From Octopus sinensis (taxonomy: Eukaryota), in the NCBI RefSeq assembly GCF_006345805.1, contig NC_043002.1, positions 58,714,001 to 58,778,000 on the forward strand: a stretch of 64,000 nucleotides of DNA, in the 5' to 3' direction. This document shows, one piece after another, positions 37,029-51,421 of this stretch; position 1 is the stretch's first letter, and every line of letters starts with the position of its first letter. Under the pieces are notes generated by a model. The model was not told the origin of the DNA. It worked only from the letters and a program-made list of their open reading frames with translations, and searched no databases. A program made the position numbers and the translations under genes.

Positions 37029-40000
37029 CTGAAGCAAACATTTTGAATATTTGTATTAAGAGTCTAAGCATCTAAATGTGTGTGTGAATATAAATTGAAG
37101 TAAAATGGTATGGAAAAAAGGAGAAAGCCAAAATGAAATCTTGACAAGGGGCACATTTAACCAAATTGGAATTTCTACTATAATACCCTACCAACCAAAG
37201 CCTTCTAAGTAGATTTGGAAGGAAGAAACTGAAAGAAGCCAGCTGTATATTGTGTGTGTGTGTATACTCTTGTATTGACATCATGTTGTTGTAAATGAGT
37301 ACCACTGTCTTACAAGCAGTGTCCTTCATTTCCAGTTTTCTGTAAAAATGTCTAGCCATGGGAATAATATAACCTTACTTGGAAACAGGTAAAGGTTGGC
37401 ATCATAAAGAGCATCCAGCCAGAGAAATTCTGCCTCAACAGATTCCATCAGACCCATGCAAGCATGGAAATATGGATGTTAAATAATGAATAAACAAGCT
37501 AAATTCATGTTAAGTTTTTGTATTTTAGCCTTAAGCAAATAGGTCATGGAAAGATTTGAAGTTGTCGAGTGAATGAAAGAGGAATATATCTTTTATCCAC
37601 TAGACACAAATACCTGTCATCCTTAACAGCATACCCTAATGGTCTGGTTCCTATTTCTGACACTGAACTATAGATACCCACTAGCATAGCTAGAGTATGT
37701 GCCGCTCAGGGTCGCCCTTTCGTTTTCCAACCCTGGACTCCACAAAAAATACATATCACCTATGGCAAACCCAAAAGTACCACCCCCCTCCTAGCTATGC
37801 GAGTGTACACACCCATGACTTTTGGAAATATTTTTTTTTCACACCCAGAATTGTCAAAGTATGGATTATCTCTCCGCATCATGAGTTAAGTGCCAGGAAA
37901 ATACATCCCTCAAAAATTCCATGCTTTCTAAAATTCACCAATACCACTCCTGGCGTAGAATGAGCTTTGGTCCTTTCAGGGTCGATGAATTAAGTACCAG
38001 TTAAACACTGGGGTCAATGTAATCAACTAGACCCCTGCCTCCAAAATTTCAGGCCTTGTGGCTTTAGTAGAAAGGATTATTATTATTATTATTATTATTA
38101 TGTAGATTACAGCTTTTTCTATTTTTGAAGGTCATCAGTGGAGTAGGGACAATGCTGTGGTCTTATTGGATGCTGTCTCTGGTGTGTAGCAAATGTAACA
38201 TCTACCAGTACACCGTGAAGACAAGACAACCATATTAGTGAGGATACGGCCATAACTAGAAGTCTTTCATTATCATCGAGTACTGTCAGAAGGTAAGCAG
38301 GCCTAGAAATACAAACATATTTTCTACCCTTCACGATGCAAACATGGAAAAATATATGTAACAATAAAAATAAATATAGTAATTAACTCCAAGGTATTCG
38401 TCCTTGGTTTTCCTGCTTTACTTTGTTGGTAAGGGGAGATAACTTTTCTAAACACAACAATACACACAACTTCCAAAATCAGTTAAAACTCTTTTCTCAT
38501 AACAACTTGGTCATTGCAGTTGGAACCGCATTATAAAGAAGAAAAATACTGTTTTTAAATGTATAATAGTTAACGTTTTATTATTTATAAATAAGTAAAG
38601 AATCTGAATTGCAGAAATATGATTATTATTTGTGGGGGATGGGAACCTACGCTTCGATTTGACCTTAAACAGTTCTTTATGTGAGCCAAAGAGGGAACCT
38701 CTACATGGTTACTCAGCTTGCTAGATATAGCAACCAAATTTCTTTCAAGTCATAGCCTACAATATTAAAAAACGATGGACATACAGCACCCATGTTGGTG
38801 CCACATAAAAGAACCCGTGCTGGTGACAGGTAAAAAGCACCCCTGTGCTGATGCCATGTGAAATGCATCTGGGCTGGTGCCACTTGAAATGTTGTGGTGA
38901 TGGTGCCACTTAAAAAGCACTCAGTACACTTTGTAAAGTGCAGAGTTCAAATTCTGCCAAAGTCGACTTTGCCTTTCATTTTGGTGGAGTCAATAAAATA
39001 GGTACTAGTTGATCGATCAACCCCTCCTCAAAAAGTATTGTTATTATTATTAAATTTCTCCAAGCTCCTTTACATAGAAGATTGTATTTATAATTTTAGT
39101 GCTTCCTTCGTCTAAGGGAGACAACTCTTTAAAGACTATTTCTTAATGCTTCAAAATTTGGCCGTTTTCCTTTGACATAAGCTTTTTAGACTTTAAGCCA
39201 ATCCAATCTGGTAGCGACTTTAAAACTAAGCTGACTAAAAGAAGTTTAGCGATCGACAATCTATAACTGAAATAAAAAGACTTAAGTAGGTCTTGGTTTG
39301 GTTTATATTGGGATTAGTAACTCATTTACTGTATCATTAACTAATACAGCCTTCACGCTTTATCTTTTATTATCAATTTTTATCATACCATTAAGTTATT
39401 CCCACTGTAAGCACTGAATTTGTGTTGGAAAGCCTGTCCTTTGGAAATGAAATGCTATATTCTTGGGAAATATTCACTCTATCTAGACATTGGTTTAACA
39501 TTCCCTGTTTTCATGGTCATATGAGTTGGGTTTCAATACATTGGCCCCAATGCCATTGCCGTCATCAATGTCATCAGTTTACCTGGACTTTCCATACTTA
39601 CATGGATTGGGCAGGTCATTACAGTTTGAGTCTCCTATCAACGAGAATTACTACTCCAAAAACACTAGGAGCTTATACAGGTCATTTGCTTTGGATTCTA
39701 CAGCTGGATGCCCTTCTTGACGGATACCATTAACAGATTGTATTGGATGCCTGGCTCATAAGGGCTGGTATCCCGGTTTCGTTGGCATATAAGTTTCCCA
39801 CCTGGATGGGATGCCGGTCCATCACAGGTGAGTGGCTAGATGCAGGAGGAAATAGCAAGAGAAAGTTGTGGCAAAAGAGTCAGCAGAAGTTCGCCATTAC
39901 CTTCTGCCAGAGCCTTCTGGAGCTTAGGTGTTTCGCTCATAAACACACACATCACTCAGTCTGAGATTCGAACCCGCAATTCCTCAATCGCGAGTCCACT

Positions 40001-40172
40001 GCTCTTACGACTAGGCCATGTGCCTCCACACAACACATTAGCCTTTAACAAGATTTGAACTGATGACTATATATGGTCACTAGTGTATAAGTACTTGAAC
40101 TGACAGATACTGTGTCATTAATAAAGAAATAACGAGCTGCTGGTATAAAAGTGGACAGAAATAAATAACTGG

Positions 40173-40243
40173 TCCTCAGTAGTATAGTGGTAAATATTCC
40201 TGCCTGTCATGTGAGAGACTAGGGTTAGATTCCTGCTAGGGAG
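40173..40243 (+). pseudogene. tRNA-Asp(GTC) pseudogene or SINE head
   Basis: TCCTCAGTAGTATAGTGGTAAATATTCCTGCCTGTCATGTGAGAGACTAGGGTTAGATTCCTGCTAGGGAG aligns with the eukaryotic tRNA-Asp. Anticodon GTC at 40206-40208. CpG-decay changes and a broken B box (GTTAGATT). Confidence 0.75.
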
Positions 40244-40588
40244 GCAATGTTCATTGTCAGATGGCAGTGCCCCAGCATGGCCACAGCGTTTGGAATGGAA
40301 CACAAAAAGGAATAAATAGTCCTTTCTATTATAGGCACAAAGCCTGAAATTTAGGGGGAAGGGAGCCAGTCGATTAGATCAACCCCAGTACACAACTAGT
40401 ACTTAATTTATTGGTCTCGAAATGACGACAGGCAAAGTCGACCTTGGTGGAATTTGAACTCAGAACGTACAGACGAACTAAATGCTGTTAAGCATTTTGT
40501 CTGCCATGCTGACGATTCTGCCAGCTCGCCACCTTAACAAAAAGGAAATAAAAAAGCAGAATAAATAAATGTAAGACCATTTGCATAC

Positions 40589-40705
40589 CTGTATGGAGAT
40601 GGGGAAGTCATAACGTTCTGTATCATCTGTAAACTGAATTTCTGTGTAACTGTTCCGAGGAGCAAAATTGCCATGTTTGTAAGGTCCCAGCTCTATTATG
40701 TGGAT
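40589..40705 (-). CDS. CLTC-like: Clathrin terminal-domain-like exon (117 nt)
   Basis: ctccag|IHIIELGPYKHGNFAPRNSYTEIQFTDDTERYDFPISIQ|gtatgc. Compare LHIIEVG...NDFPVAMQ. Phase 0-0. Confidence 0.9.
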
Positions 40706-42256
40706 CTGGAGAAGAAGAAACACAAAGGAAAAAAGAAAAAAAAATCAAATATAATTACAAAGAAATAAAATGAGTAAAAAAAAAATGAAACAAAAAAATG
40801 AGTATGGCTGTGTGGTTAAAGAGCTTGCTTTGTAACCACATGGTTTCAGGTTCAGTCTCAATGTGCAGCATTTTGGGTAAGCATCCTCTACTATAGCCCT
40901 GGGGCCAACTAATGCCTTATGAGTGAACTATGAGGAAGCTTTAGGGCTTGTAATTCATTCTGCTCTGTTAAATATTTCCCCACACCCTCTGCCCCTAATT
41001 TTGCTGTAAACAGAGGAAAATTCAGCATAAAAAAAATAATAGATTATGCCAGTGGCATGTAAAAAGCACCATCCAAATGTGGCCAATGCCAGCACCTCCT
41101 TGACAGGTCCCCGTGCTGGTGGCACATAAACAGCACCATCTGATTGTGGTCAATGCCAGCAGCCTCTGGCCACTATGCTGGTGGCACATAAAAAGCACCC
41201 ACTACATTCTTGAGTAGGCGTTAGGAAGGGCATCCAGCTGTAGAGACATTGCCAGATCAGACTGGTGCTTGGTGCGACCTCTTGGCTTTCCAGACCCCAG
41301 TCAAATCATCCAACCCATGTCAGCATGGAAAACGGACGTTAAACAATGATGATAATGTGTTCTCTAGTTTGCACTCTGATTTTGTGCCACCTTTATGGTG
41401 AAATTTCCTACAGCAAATTTTCCCCAAGGCAAAAATGTTTACAGCAAATATTTCAGACATGGGGCCCCTAACACCTAACCCTCCATCACTCCTCTGTCTA
41501 TGGCACTACTTGACAGCTGTAATCACTTTAGAGCAGAATCAGTACAAACTGCTCGTCCCTATTTCTTTGCACAACCAGTTAGCTCCATCCTGGCTAGAAC
41601 CTTCCACCTTTTATTCTCATTACCCCCTCACTTCCCTTCCCACATATCATCTCCTCCTTTGCCTTCAGCCGGTTCTTTCCTCTGTCATACTCCCATCTTA
41701 TCACCTCACCTCACATGCCTGTAATCATTCTCAACACCTCTCCATATCCACCACCATGACCCACTCATTGCAGACACCCTTATCTACCCTCCCCACCACC
41801 ACATCTCCCTCTCCAGTGCTTCTACACCTTGCACATCATCCCCATTAACTTCTGATCTACCCCCACCTCCCTGAACCCACTTCTATCTCTTTCACCTCAC
41901 CCCTTCTTCATCCAGATATTTCCCTTCCCTGATCCACTGACCATACTCCTTTTGGCTTCCCCCTCCTCTCACAATTACTTTCATATTCTCCCCAGCTACC
42001 GCTGTCCATCCTTATATAATGTGGGGTAGCCACGTATCCCCTCCATAGCAAGACACCTGTGCTTGTTGCTCTATCATACTTTAGCCTCTCAGTATCTGGC
42101 GTAAAGCCCTTCCCTAACCCTAAAACTACTCCCCCGCCACTGCCCAGGCATCCAGCCATAGAAAACATGCTGGGGCTGGCACTGGGGCTCAGCACACCTG
42201 ATCCTGTCAAACCAGCTGACCCATGCCAGCATCAAAAATAGATGTTAAATGATGAT

Positions 42257-42299
<43 letters not shown>

Positions 42300-45200
42300 T
42301 GTGTGTGTGTGTGTGTCATATGTCTTTATGTTTGTCCTCCCACTGTTTGAGAATTGGTGCTGGTTTGTTCATATCCCTGTAACCTAGAAATTCAGGGAAA
42401 GAGATGTAAAAGTACAGGGTCAATTTGTTCAACTAAATCTTTCGAGGAGGTGCCCCAGCATGGCTGCGGCCCATCGGTGGGAACGAGTAAAAGAGAAATT
42501 TTAAACGATATACAGAGATAAAAATATTACATTTTTAATTAAAATGTAATTTCAATTTAGCACGATTTTCTCAAAGCAATGTAATTTTAAATGATAAGCA
42601 TTTCTAGAAATACTAGAGTCAAAATTAGTTAAATAATGCTTAGGTTGATCATTATAACTTGGTAATTAACTCTCATTACCTTAACCTTTGGTGTGGATTA
42701 AGTAGGAACAATTTGAGATGTTTAATTAGCAAAACTGTCAGTTTAAAGTGGGAAATTAGTTCAAAACATTTAAAGTTAGAACATTTCAACTGTTGTTCTT
42801 AATTTGGCATTTTCTTTTCTGTCCTTTAATTTTTTGCTCTTTGAAACTTTCAGCTGATTTATGCTGTAGCTCTTGGTATTCACCATTTATGCTGTAGTTC
42901 TTGGTATTTACCATTCTTTTTTTTTTCTGAGAAGAGGAATGATAGACACAGCAGAGGTTGTCTGACAAGTACTTGAACATGTGTTGCTAGACCTAGTTTC
43001 ATTTCTAATAGACATAATATTACAAGAATTTAAACAAAATGTAGCTACCATAAATAAACACATTTCATTATAATTAATTAACTGATTAATTAATTGTCGT
43101 TATTATTATTATTACTATTATTATTATAATTATTGTTTTAAATTTTAGCACAAGGCTTGCAAGTTTGTGGAAGGGGTTATATGTTCATTACATTGACCCC
43201 AATGCCTGACTGTGGAGGCATGTGGCTTAGTGGTTAAGGTGTTGGACTCATGATCGTAAGATTGTGGTTTCAATTCCTGGACCAGGCAATGTATTGTGTC
43301 TTTGAGCAAGACACATTTCACGTTGCTCCAGTCCATTCAGCTGGCAAAATGGACTAATCCTGTGACGGGCCGGTATCCCGTCCAGAGGCGGGGGAATATA
43401 TATGCCATGGAAACTGACCCTCATGAGCCTGGCATGGCTCGAAAAGGAAACGTTTCTTCTTCTCCAATGCATGACTGGTACTTATTTTATTGACCCTCCC
43501 TCCCCTGCCCCCGAAAAGCCAAAAGGCAAAGCCAACCTTGGCAGATAGAAGTAAAGGCAGTAAGCTGATAGAGTCACCAAAGCTTCAGAAGGAATGCTGT
43601 GTGGTGTTTGCTGCAGCTCTTTACACATGTTCTGAATTCAAATCTTGTCCAGATGAACTTTGCCTTCAGAGAGAGAGAGGGGTGGGGAGAAGAGAGCGGT
43701 GGGAGAGGGAAGGTAAGAGTGAGAGAAGAGAGAGAGAGAGTGTGTGTGTGTGTGTATGCATGCATGCATGCATGCACACGCAGTGCATGTGTGTAAGCGT
43801 GCGGTGTGCTATTGTCTCTTTGCCCTTCACTTCAAGTGACAGTTGTAAACAAGAATGGGTGTCACTGTCATGTAAGCTGGGTGCTTCGTTTGTAATCATC
43901 CTTAGAAACATGTCTGGCCATGGGGAAATATCATGGGAACAGGTGAAGGTTGGCGACAGGAAGGGCATCCAGCCATAGAAAATCTACCTCAACAAATTCC
44001 ATCCGATTCATGCAACCATGGAAAAGTGAACGTCAAACTGATGACGCTGATGATGATGATGACGACAATGGACTTCAGTATTCTTTACATTGAATGTGTT
44101 GCCCCCAATATTTTCCATATAGGCCATGGTGCCTCTAAAATTCCCTTAGAGTCAACAGTTCTATGGCTGACATCTACCCAACAGATGGACCTTGAAGGAC
44201 ATTCTAGTACTTAGTTTTGTCCTAGTCTGAGTTCAAATCTAACTGGATCCATCTTTGCCTTTCATCTATCTTGTAGGACAAGGGTAAAATAAATATTAAT
44301 GGCCATGTCCATCCATAGAAAAGCAATATTTAAGGCATGGCTGTGTGGTTGGAAGTTTACTGCCCAACCCATCTACATGGTTCTCGGTTCAGTTCCACTG
44401 TGTCGCACCTTGGGCAAGTGTCTTCTATTATTGCCTTGGGCTGACCAAAGTCTTGTGAGTAGATTTGGTAGAGAGAAACTGAAAGAAGCCCATCGCATAT
44501 TTTTGTGTGTGTGTGTGTGTGTGTTTTTGCTCCCCACCACCACATGGCAACTGGTGTTGGTGTGTTTACATCCCCATAACTTAGCAGTTTGGCAAAAGAG
44601 ACTGACAGAATAAATACCAGGCTTAAGAACAGAAATAAATACTGACATCAATTCATTCAGCTAAAACAGTTCCTCAAAGCTGTGCCCCAGCATGGCCACA
44701 GTCTAATGACTGAAACAAGTAAAAGAAAAAAGAAGGTTTATTCACGATTCGGTTGGCTGTCTGATTTGGTGATCAATCACCGCTGTTCTTAAGTGGTTTG
44801 TGTATATTGAAGTATATCCATAAGTATATTTAGAATACCCCGAACAGCATGAGAGACTGGCATCTGGTTAAATGATTGATGAAAGGAACTCAAATATTTC
44901 CTGTTTGTCTTGTTGACTTTGCTTGTAAACAATCGTGTAAATGTGTGTGTAACACGATAAATCTACGACGAAACCATATTTATAAATGACATTATCTGAT
45001 GCGATATTTTGAGGTAAATATATATCATCATCATCCTCATCATCGTTTAACGTCCGTTTTCCATGCTGGCATGGGTTGGATGGTTTGACAGGGGTCTGGC
45101 AAGCCAGGAGGCTGCACCAGTCTCCAATCTGATCTGGCAATGTTTCTACAGCTGAATGGCCCTTCCTAACGCCAACCACTCCGAGAGCCGAGAGTGTAGT

Positions 45201-45391
45201 GGGTGCCTTTTACATGCCACTGGCGCAGAAGCCAGACGGGGTGAAGTGGCTGGCATTGACCACATTTGGATGGTGCTTTTTGTTCCACTGGCACGGGAGC
45301 CAGATCGGCGACAGAAGCAAATTTTTTTTTGTACTTTTTTCAGTCATTTGACTGCGGCCATGCTGGAGCACCGCCTTTTAGAGTGGTGAAA

Positions 45392-45547
45392 GAGTACAGC
45401 AGGGATCACCACCATCCCCTGCCGGAGCCTCGTGGAGCTTTTAGGTGTTTTCGCTCAATAAACACACACAACGCCCGGTCTGGGAATCGAAACCGCGATC
45501 CTCCGACCGCAAGTCCGCTGCCCTAACCACTGGGCCATTGCGCCTCC
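45392..45547 (-). mobile_element. Young tRNA-derived SINE (same family as 17249)
   Basis: Reverse complement nearly identical to 17249-17400. Confidence 0.75.
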
Positions 45548-45593
45548 ATGTATATATGTATATATATTTTGAGGTAAATATATATATTTTTTT

Positions 45594-45626
<33 letters not shown>

Positions 45627-47253
45627 TTCCTTATTTTATTTTTATTTGTTTCAGTCTTTGGACTGAGGCCATGCTGGGGCACCGCCTTGAAGGGTTTTAG
45701 TCAAATGAATTGATGTCAGTAATTTTGTTCTTAAACAGATGCAAGTATGGCTGTGTGGTCAAGAAGTTTGCTTCCTGACTATATGGTTCTGGGGGTGGTC
45801 CCACTGGGCAAGTGTCTTCTACAACAGCCCCTGACTGGCTAAAGTCTTGTAGGTGGATTTGGTTAAACAAATTGAAAGAAGCCTGTTGTGTTTGTGTGTG
45901 TGTATGTGCAGGTGTGGCTGTGTGGTAAGAAACTTGCTTCCCAACCACATGGCTCTGAGTTCAGTCCCTCTGCATGGCACCTTGGGTAAGTGTTCTACTA
46001 CTATAGCCTGAAGCCAACCAAAGCATTGTGAATGGATTTGGTAGATGGAAACTGAAACAAGCCCATCATATGTATGTGTGTGTCTTTATCTCTGTGTTTG
46101 TCCTCCCACCATTGTTGGACAACCGATGTTGGTGTGTTTATGTCCCTAAAACTTAGTGGTTTGGCAAAAGTGACCAATAGAATAAGTACTAAAGCTTACA
46201 AAGAATAAGTCCTGGAGATGATTTGTTCGACTAAAGGTGGTGCTCCAGCATGGCTGCAGTCAAATGACTGAAACATGTAAAAGAGTAATTATTTGCATGT
46301 GTGTTTGTGTGTGTGCATGTGTGTGCATGTGTGTGCACATGTGTGTTTGCATCTCTTAATCTTGATATGTGATAGTTGTAAATGAGTGTCACTGTCATAC
46401 AAGCAGTGTCTTTCATTTCCAGTATTCTATGAAAGCATGTCTGGCCATGGGGAAACATCACTTTGCTTAGAAACAGGTGAGTGCTGGCAGCAAGATGGCA
46501 TAGGGCTGGAGAAAACCTGCTTCAATAAATTCCATCTGACCAATGCAAGCATAGGAAAGTGAATATTAAAATGATGACAATGATATATATATATTGCCAG
46601 CATTGCCCTACTGGCACATGTGCTGGTGGCATGTGAAAAACAACATTCGAGTGTGATCGTTGCCAATGCCATCAGACTGTCTCCCATGCATGTAGCACAT
46701 AAAAAACACCAGTTAAGCATGGTTGTTGCCAGAACTGCCTGACTGTCCCTCATGCCGGTGGTACGTAAAAGCACCCACTACACTCTCGGAGTGGTTGACA
46801 TTAGGAAGGGCATCAAGCTGTAGAAACTTTGCCAGATCAGATTGAGCCTGGTGCAGCCTTCTGGCTCACCAGTCCTCAGTCAAACCATCTAACCCATGCC
46901 AGCATGGAAAGCAGACATTAAACGACAACGATGATGATGATGATGATATATAAATTCCTTTTCTGTAAAGCATAGCTGGAAAAATCAATCAATATAAGCC
47001 CCGCCTACACCCCCACACACAACATCCTCAAGTCTAGACAGCTCAGGAAACAGCAACGACAATATTTATGTTAAATAAAACAAAAAATATACTTCTGACA
47101 TAGAGTTAACATGTTTGAATATTTCTTCCTTTATTATTATTATTATTAATATCCTGTTGTAAAATCTTCCTCTTATCCTTAATATTTGTGGCATATTTGT
47201 CCCTTAGTTTGTATTAAATACTGTTGGACAGTTCACGTGTAGGCCAAAGGTCG

Positions 47254-47285
<32 letters not shown>

Positions 47286-48451
47286 GACAGAGAGTATTGC
47301 AAACCTAATCCTGGAGTATCTGATTATAACTTAAATCTGAGACCGAAATATTACAGACTCGAATACAGAAGAATTATTTTTGTGCTGACATTTTCATTGA
47401 TACTATTTTCAGTTACCAGCTATTGACCATTACATATCAGACGGGCAAGCTGGCAGAGTTATTATTACTGTGCCAGACAAAATACTCAGTAGTATTTCTT
47501 CTGGTTCTTAATGCTCTGGGTTCAAACGCCACCAAGGGTGACATTGCCTTTCATCCATTGGTGCAGGGTGAATAAAATATGCGCCAATAGAGCCCTGGGA
47601 GTGGGGGTCTGTGTAATCAACTCCTCATCACTTTTAAATCTGTTAGCCTTGCGTCTTAATTAGAAAAAGTTATTAAGTATAAAATAGCAGGTATGGTGGA
47701 GTTTGCTTTCCAATCACATGGCTCTGGGTTCAGTTCCACTGTGACATCTTGGGCAGAAGTCTTCTAGTACGGTCCCAAGTTGACCAATGTCTTCTGAATG
47801 AATCTGGGAGACAGTTAAATGGAAGAGACCTGCCATATAGATCTACACACACACAAACACACACACACAACAAGTTTCCTTCTTTTTCTTTTTATCTCTT
47901 TTCTTCCTTTTATTTCTTTCTTCCTAGAGTTTCTTCTGGATTTTTCTGAAGAAGGACATCGTCCGAAACATCATACTTTTTACATTTTCTATTCTGCCTT
48001 GACCATCAAACTAATAATATTTACTGTGAATGTCTCTTGTACTTTTGTTGTTGTTTATTTGCTTTCTGTCAGGTGTGTGTGTGTGTGTGTGTGTGTGTGC
48101 ATGCGTGGAGGCGTGTGGCTAAGTGCTTTGGTTTCATGCGTTTGATTCCTGAACCAGGTGTTGCATTGTGTTCTTGAGCAAAACACTTCATTTCACGTTG
48201 CTCCAGTCCACTCAGCTGTAAACAGGTACCTCCATGACAGAACAGCCTTCTGATCAGGCAAAATGTTGGCCTGCATGCCTAGCCAGCAGTGTGGCATCAT
48301 TCAAAAGGTAAAACAATGCAAACCACGTTGTGACCAGCGATGCATAACAACGTTCAATAGTCTGGTTGATAATGTGAGACTGTAACTCCCAGGCTGGCCA
48401 GCTCCGGCCAAACCATCCAACCCATACCAGGATGGAAAATGGATGATGATA

Positions 48452-48496
<45 letters not shown>

Positions 48497-49567
48497 TTAT
48501 CACCATCAACTCAATGTCCACTTTTCTATGCTGGGGTCAGATGGGATTTTATTAAGATAGATTTCTGCAGCTGGATGCCCTTCCTGTAACCAAACCCTCA
48601 CCTGTTTCCAAGTAAGGTACATATATATGTGTGTGTGTGTGTATATATGTATACACACACACATGTACATACATACAGTGGAAGACTGGCCAGGTTGCCA
48701 GCTTGCCTGATGGCAAGTGGGCCCCATGTGCCATTAGAATCCATATGTGGGGGCCCTTGTTAGTATCTAAGGGGCCCATCCCCTCAAGTTTGAGAATTTT
48801 TCATTCACTCCTGGAAGAATGCATTAATCATTTCAGTCTGCATGTGTTTGTAGACAGTTGAAAAGAATACTTTTAACAAAAAAAAAAAAATAAATGATAG
48901 CATTGTAGTTGCACCCCCTTGTAGTTGCAGTTGGGCCCTCTTAGTCTCCTGGCAACCAATATTTTTAGACCAGTTCACCACTGTGTATATTTTTATATAA
49001 ATATAGCTGAAATTGCAAAGATAATCTGGAACTCAACTGAGGAAAGAAAACTCCGAATGACCCGTCCTTGTTTTCTTTGTATCATCTATCTGGATGTTTT
49101 GTTGTCCCTCTCTTGTATCACCTAACTGTCTGGCTGTTTTGCGTTCTTGTCCCATTTTGTATTTATGTATATATATAGTTGGAAAATATCGTTATAGGTA
49201 TAAAAATACCATAAACAATTATAGAAAAATGGAGGAGAAAAAGATGTTATAGTTATAATTTTTTCTTACATATTTGTATTGTCCTTTGAAACATGCGTAT
49301 GTATTGAAACCTATTTTTCTATTAAATCTAATTTTGATGCAACATTTTTTCTCCTCCATTTTTCTATAATTGTTTTATGGTATATTTATACCTATAATGA
49401 TATTTTTCAACTACTATTTTCATATTCTTATTACTTGCTCTGGCTGTTTTTTTTTTATGAATATGATGAATCTTTATTAGAAATCATGCTTTCTCTCTTT
49501 TTGGACCTCTCAAAAAGTTTGAATTATTCTCTTTTGAACTTATTTTTTCCCATATATATCTATATAG

Positions 49568-49628
<61 letters not shown>

Positions 49629-49948
49629 TATATACACACACACACTAATGGATGAAGGATGGATTACAAATGGAATGATACTAAGAAAAAATATGCAGTA
49701 TCATAGAAAAACTGCAGTTACAGAGATGATGGATGATAAAAGGCAGGATAGTTGTGACTGGAATCAGTGTTAATTATAAGTTTGCCAGGTCCAACAGTGG
49801 AAACCATTCCAAGGCAAACATTGGAGTTTGGTGCCGTCCTCTTGCTAATCAACTCCTGTCAAACCAGGCATCCAACCCATGCCAGCATGGAAAATGGACG
49901 TGAAATGATGATGATTAAATTAAATTAATTGCTTCCTTGTCTACTTAC

Positions 49949-50113
49949 TTTACCCTTGTCTTGTGTATCCCTGGAAGCCACACAAAACACTGTCGATGGC
50001 AAAGGGTTATCATCAAACCTGTAGTGTGTGAAGCACACAGCATGCGAGTTGATGCATTGTGTGATGTCTTCATCCACATTATACAACTGTGTCACTCCAG
50101 AGATGCGGTCCTC
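49949..50113 (-). CDS. CLTC-like: Clathrin terminal-domain-like exon (165 nt)
   Basis: tggcag|EDRISGVTQLYNVDEDITQCINSHAVCFTHYRFDDNPLPSTVFCVASRDTQDKGK|gtaagt. Compare [28 protein letters not shown]...STLFCFAVRGQAGGK. Phase 0-0. Confidence 0.93.
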
Positions 50114-51155
50114 CTGCCAAAGCAACAGACAAGCATTTTAAAAAATAAACTTCACTAAACCAAATGTGGAATCAAACAAAAGCAAAAAAAAAGGAAGAAA
50201 AAAAGAAAAAAATTATTCTATGGTTGTGTGGTTAAGAGGTTTGCTTTCCAGCCACACAGTTCTGGGTTCAGTCCCGCTGCATGGCACCTTGGACAAGTTC
50301 TGGGTTCAGTCCCGCTGCATGGCACCTTAGACAAGTCCCAGGCTAACCAATGCCATGTGAGTGAAATTGGTAAAAAGAAACTGTGTGGAAGCCTGTTGTA
50401 GACAAATATGTGTGTGTGTGTGTGTCTTTGGGTGTGTTTGGTTTTCTCCTCCAACCACCCCCACCACCACTTCCCAATGGTGTTGGTTTGTTTATACCCT
50501 TGTAACTTAGTGGTCCAACAAAAGGAACTGATAAAATAAGTACCAGACTTAGAAGAATAGTACTGGGGTCAAACTGTTTAACTAAAACCTTTCAAGGTGG
50601 TGCTCCAGCATGGTCGCAGTCCAATGACTGACACAAGTAAAAGGTAAAACAATAAACAATATTTCCAGCCCCCTGTAAATGAGATTTTGAGAGAAGACAT
50701 TTTAAACAATTAAGTATGTTTAATTATTTTGTTTACCTTCAACAATAATTAAACTAATGTGATGTCATTGTGGACCTTGTGTATTAACCCCTTGTAAGGG
50801 AATGCCAAAAGTCACAAAGGGGTTTCAATTTTACACCCACAACTTCGTGTACTATCCTTATATTTTGTCCAGCGGCAAGCTGGCAGAATCATTAGCATGC
50901 TGGGCAAAATCCTTAGCGGTATTTCGTCTGCCGTTACGTTCATATACAAGGGTGAGTCAAACAGTAATGCCATTTTGTTTAGGACAGGTATAATTACCTT
51001 CATAGGAACATGTATCATACATCAAAATGAAGCTGGTCCTCTGCTTTAGTTGGCCCGAGGCTATAGTAGAAGACACTTGCCCAAGGTGCCATGCAGTGGG
51101 ACTGAACCCTGAACCATGTGGTTGATAAGCAAGCTACTTACCACACAGCCACTCC

Positions 51156-51218
<63 letters not shown>

Positions 51219-51285
51219 GGTCCCAGGTTGAGTCGGGGTTAACCACAGTAAATAAGGTACTCAATACATAGCAGAGTAAAGTAAT

Positions 51286-51400
51286 TTATTTTATAGAAGG
51301 AGCTTCTACAGGACTAGAACTGTTTCATTCAGCCAGCTTCCTGAAGATTTCATCTGAATGAAACAGTTCTAGTCCTGTAGAAGCTCCTTCAATAAAATAA
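51286..51400. repeat. Near-perfect hairpin, 47-bp arms, 21-nt loop
   Basis: 51286-51332 against 51354-51400 shows one mismatch. The loop contains CTGAAGA. Confidence 0.9.
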
Positions 51401-51421
51401 AATATATATATATATATATAT

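Noticed and set aside
41435-42130. 137-aa ORF and TAACCC-like words in a pyrimidine-rich stretch
   Set aside because: Compositional bias, no telomeric array and no domain. Probably a decayed repeat.
50259-50336. 38-bp tandem duplication in a SINE head
   Set aside because: Ordinary slippage inside a repeat.
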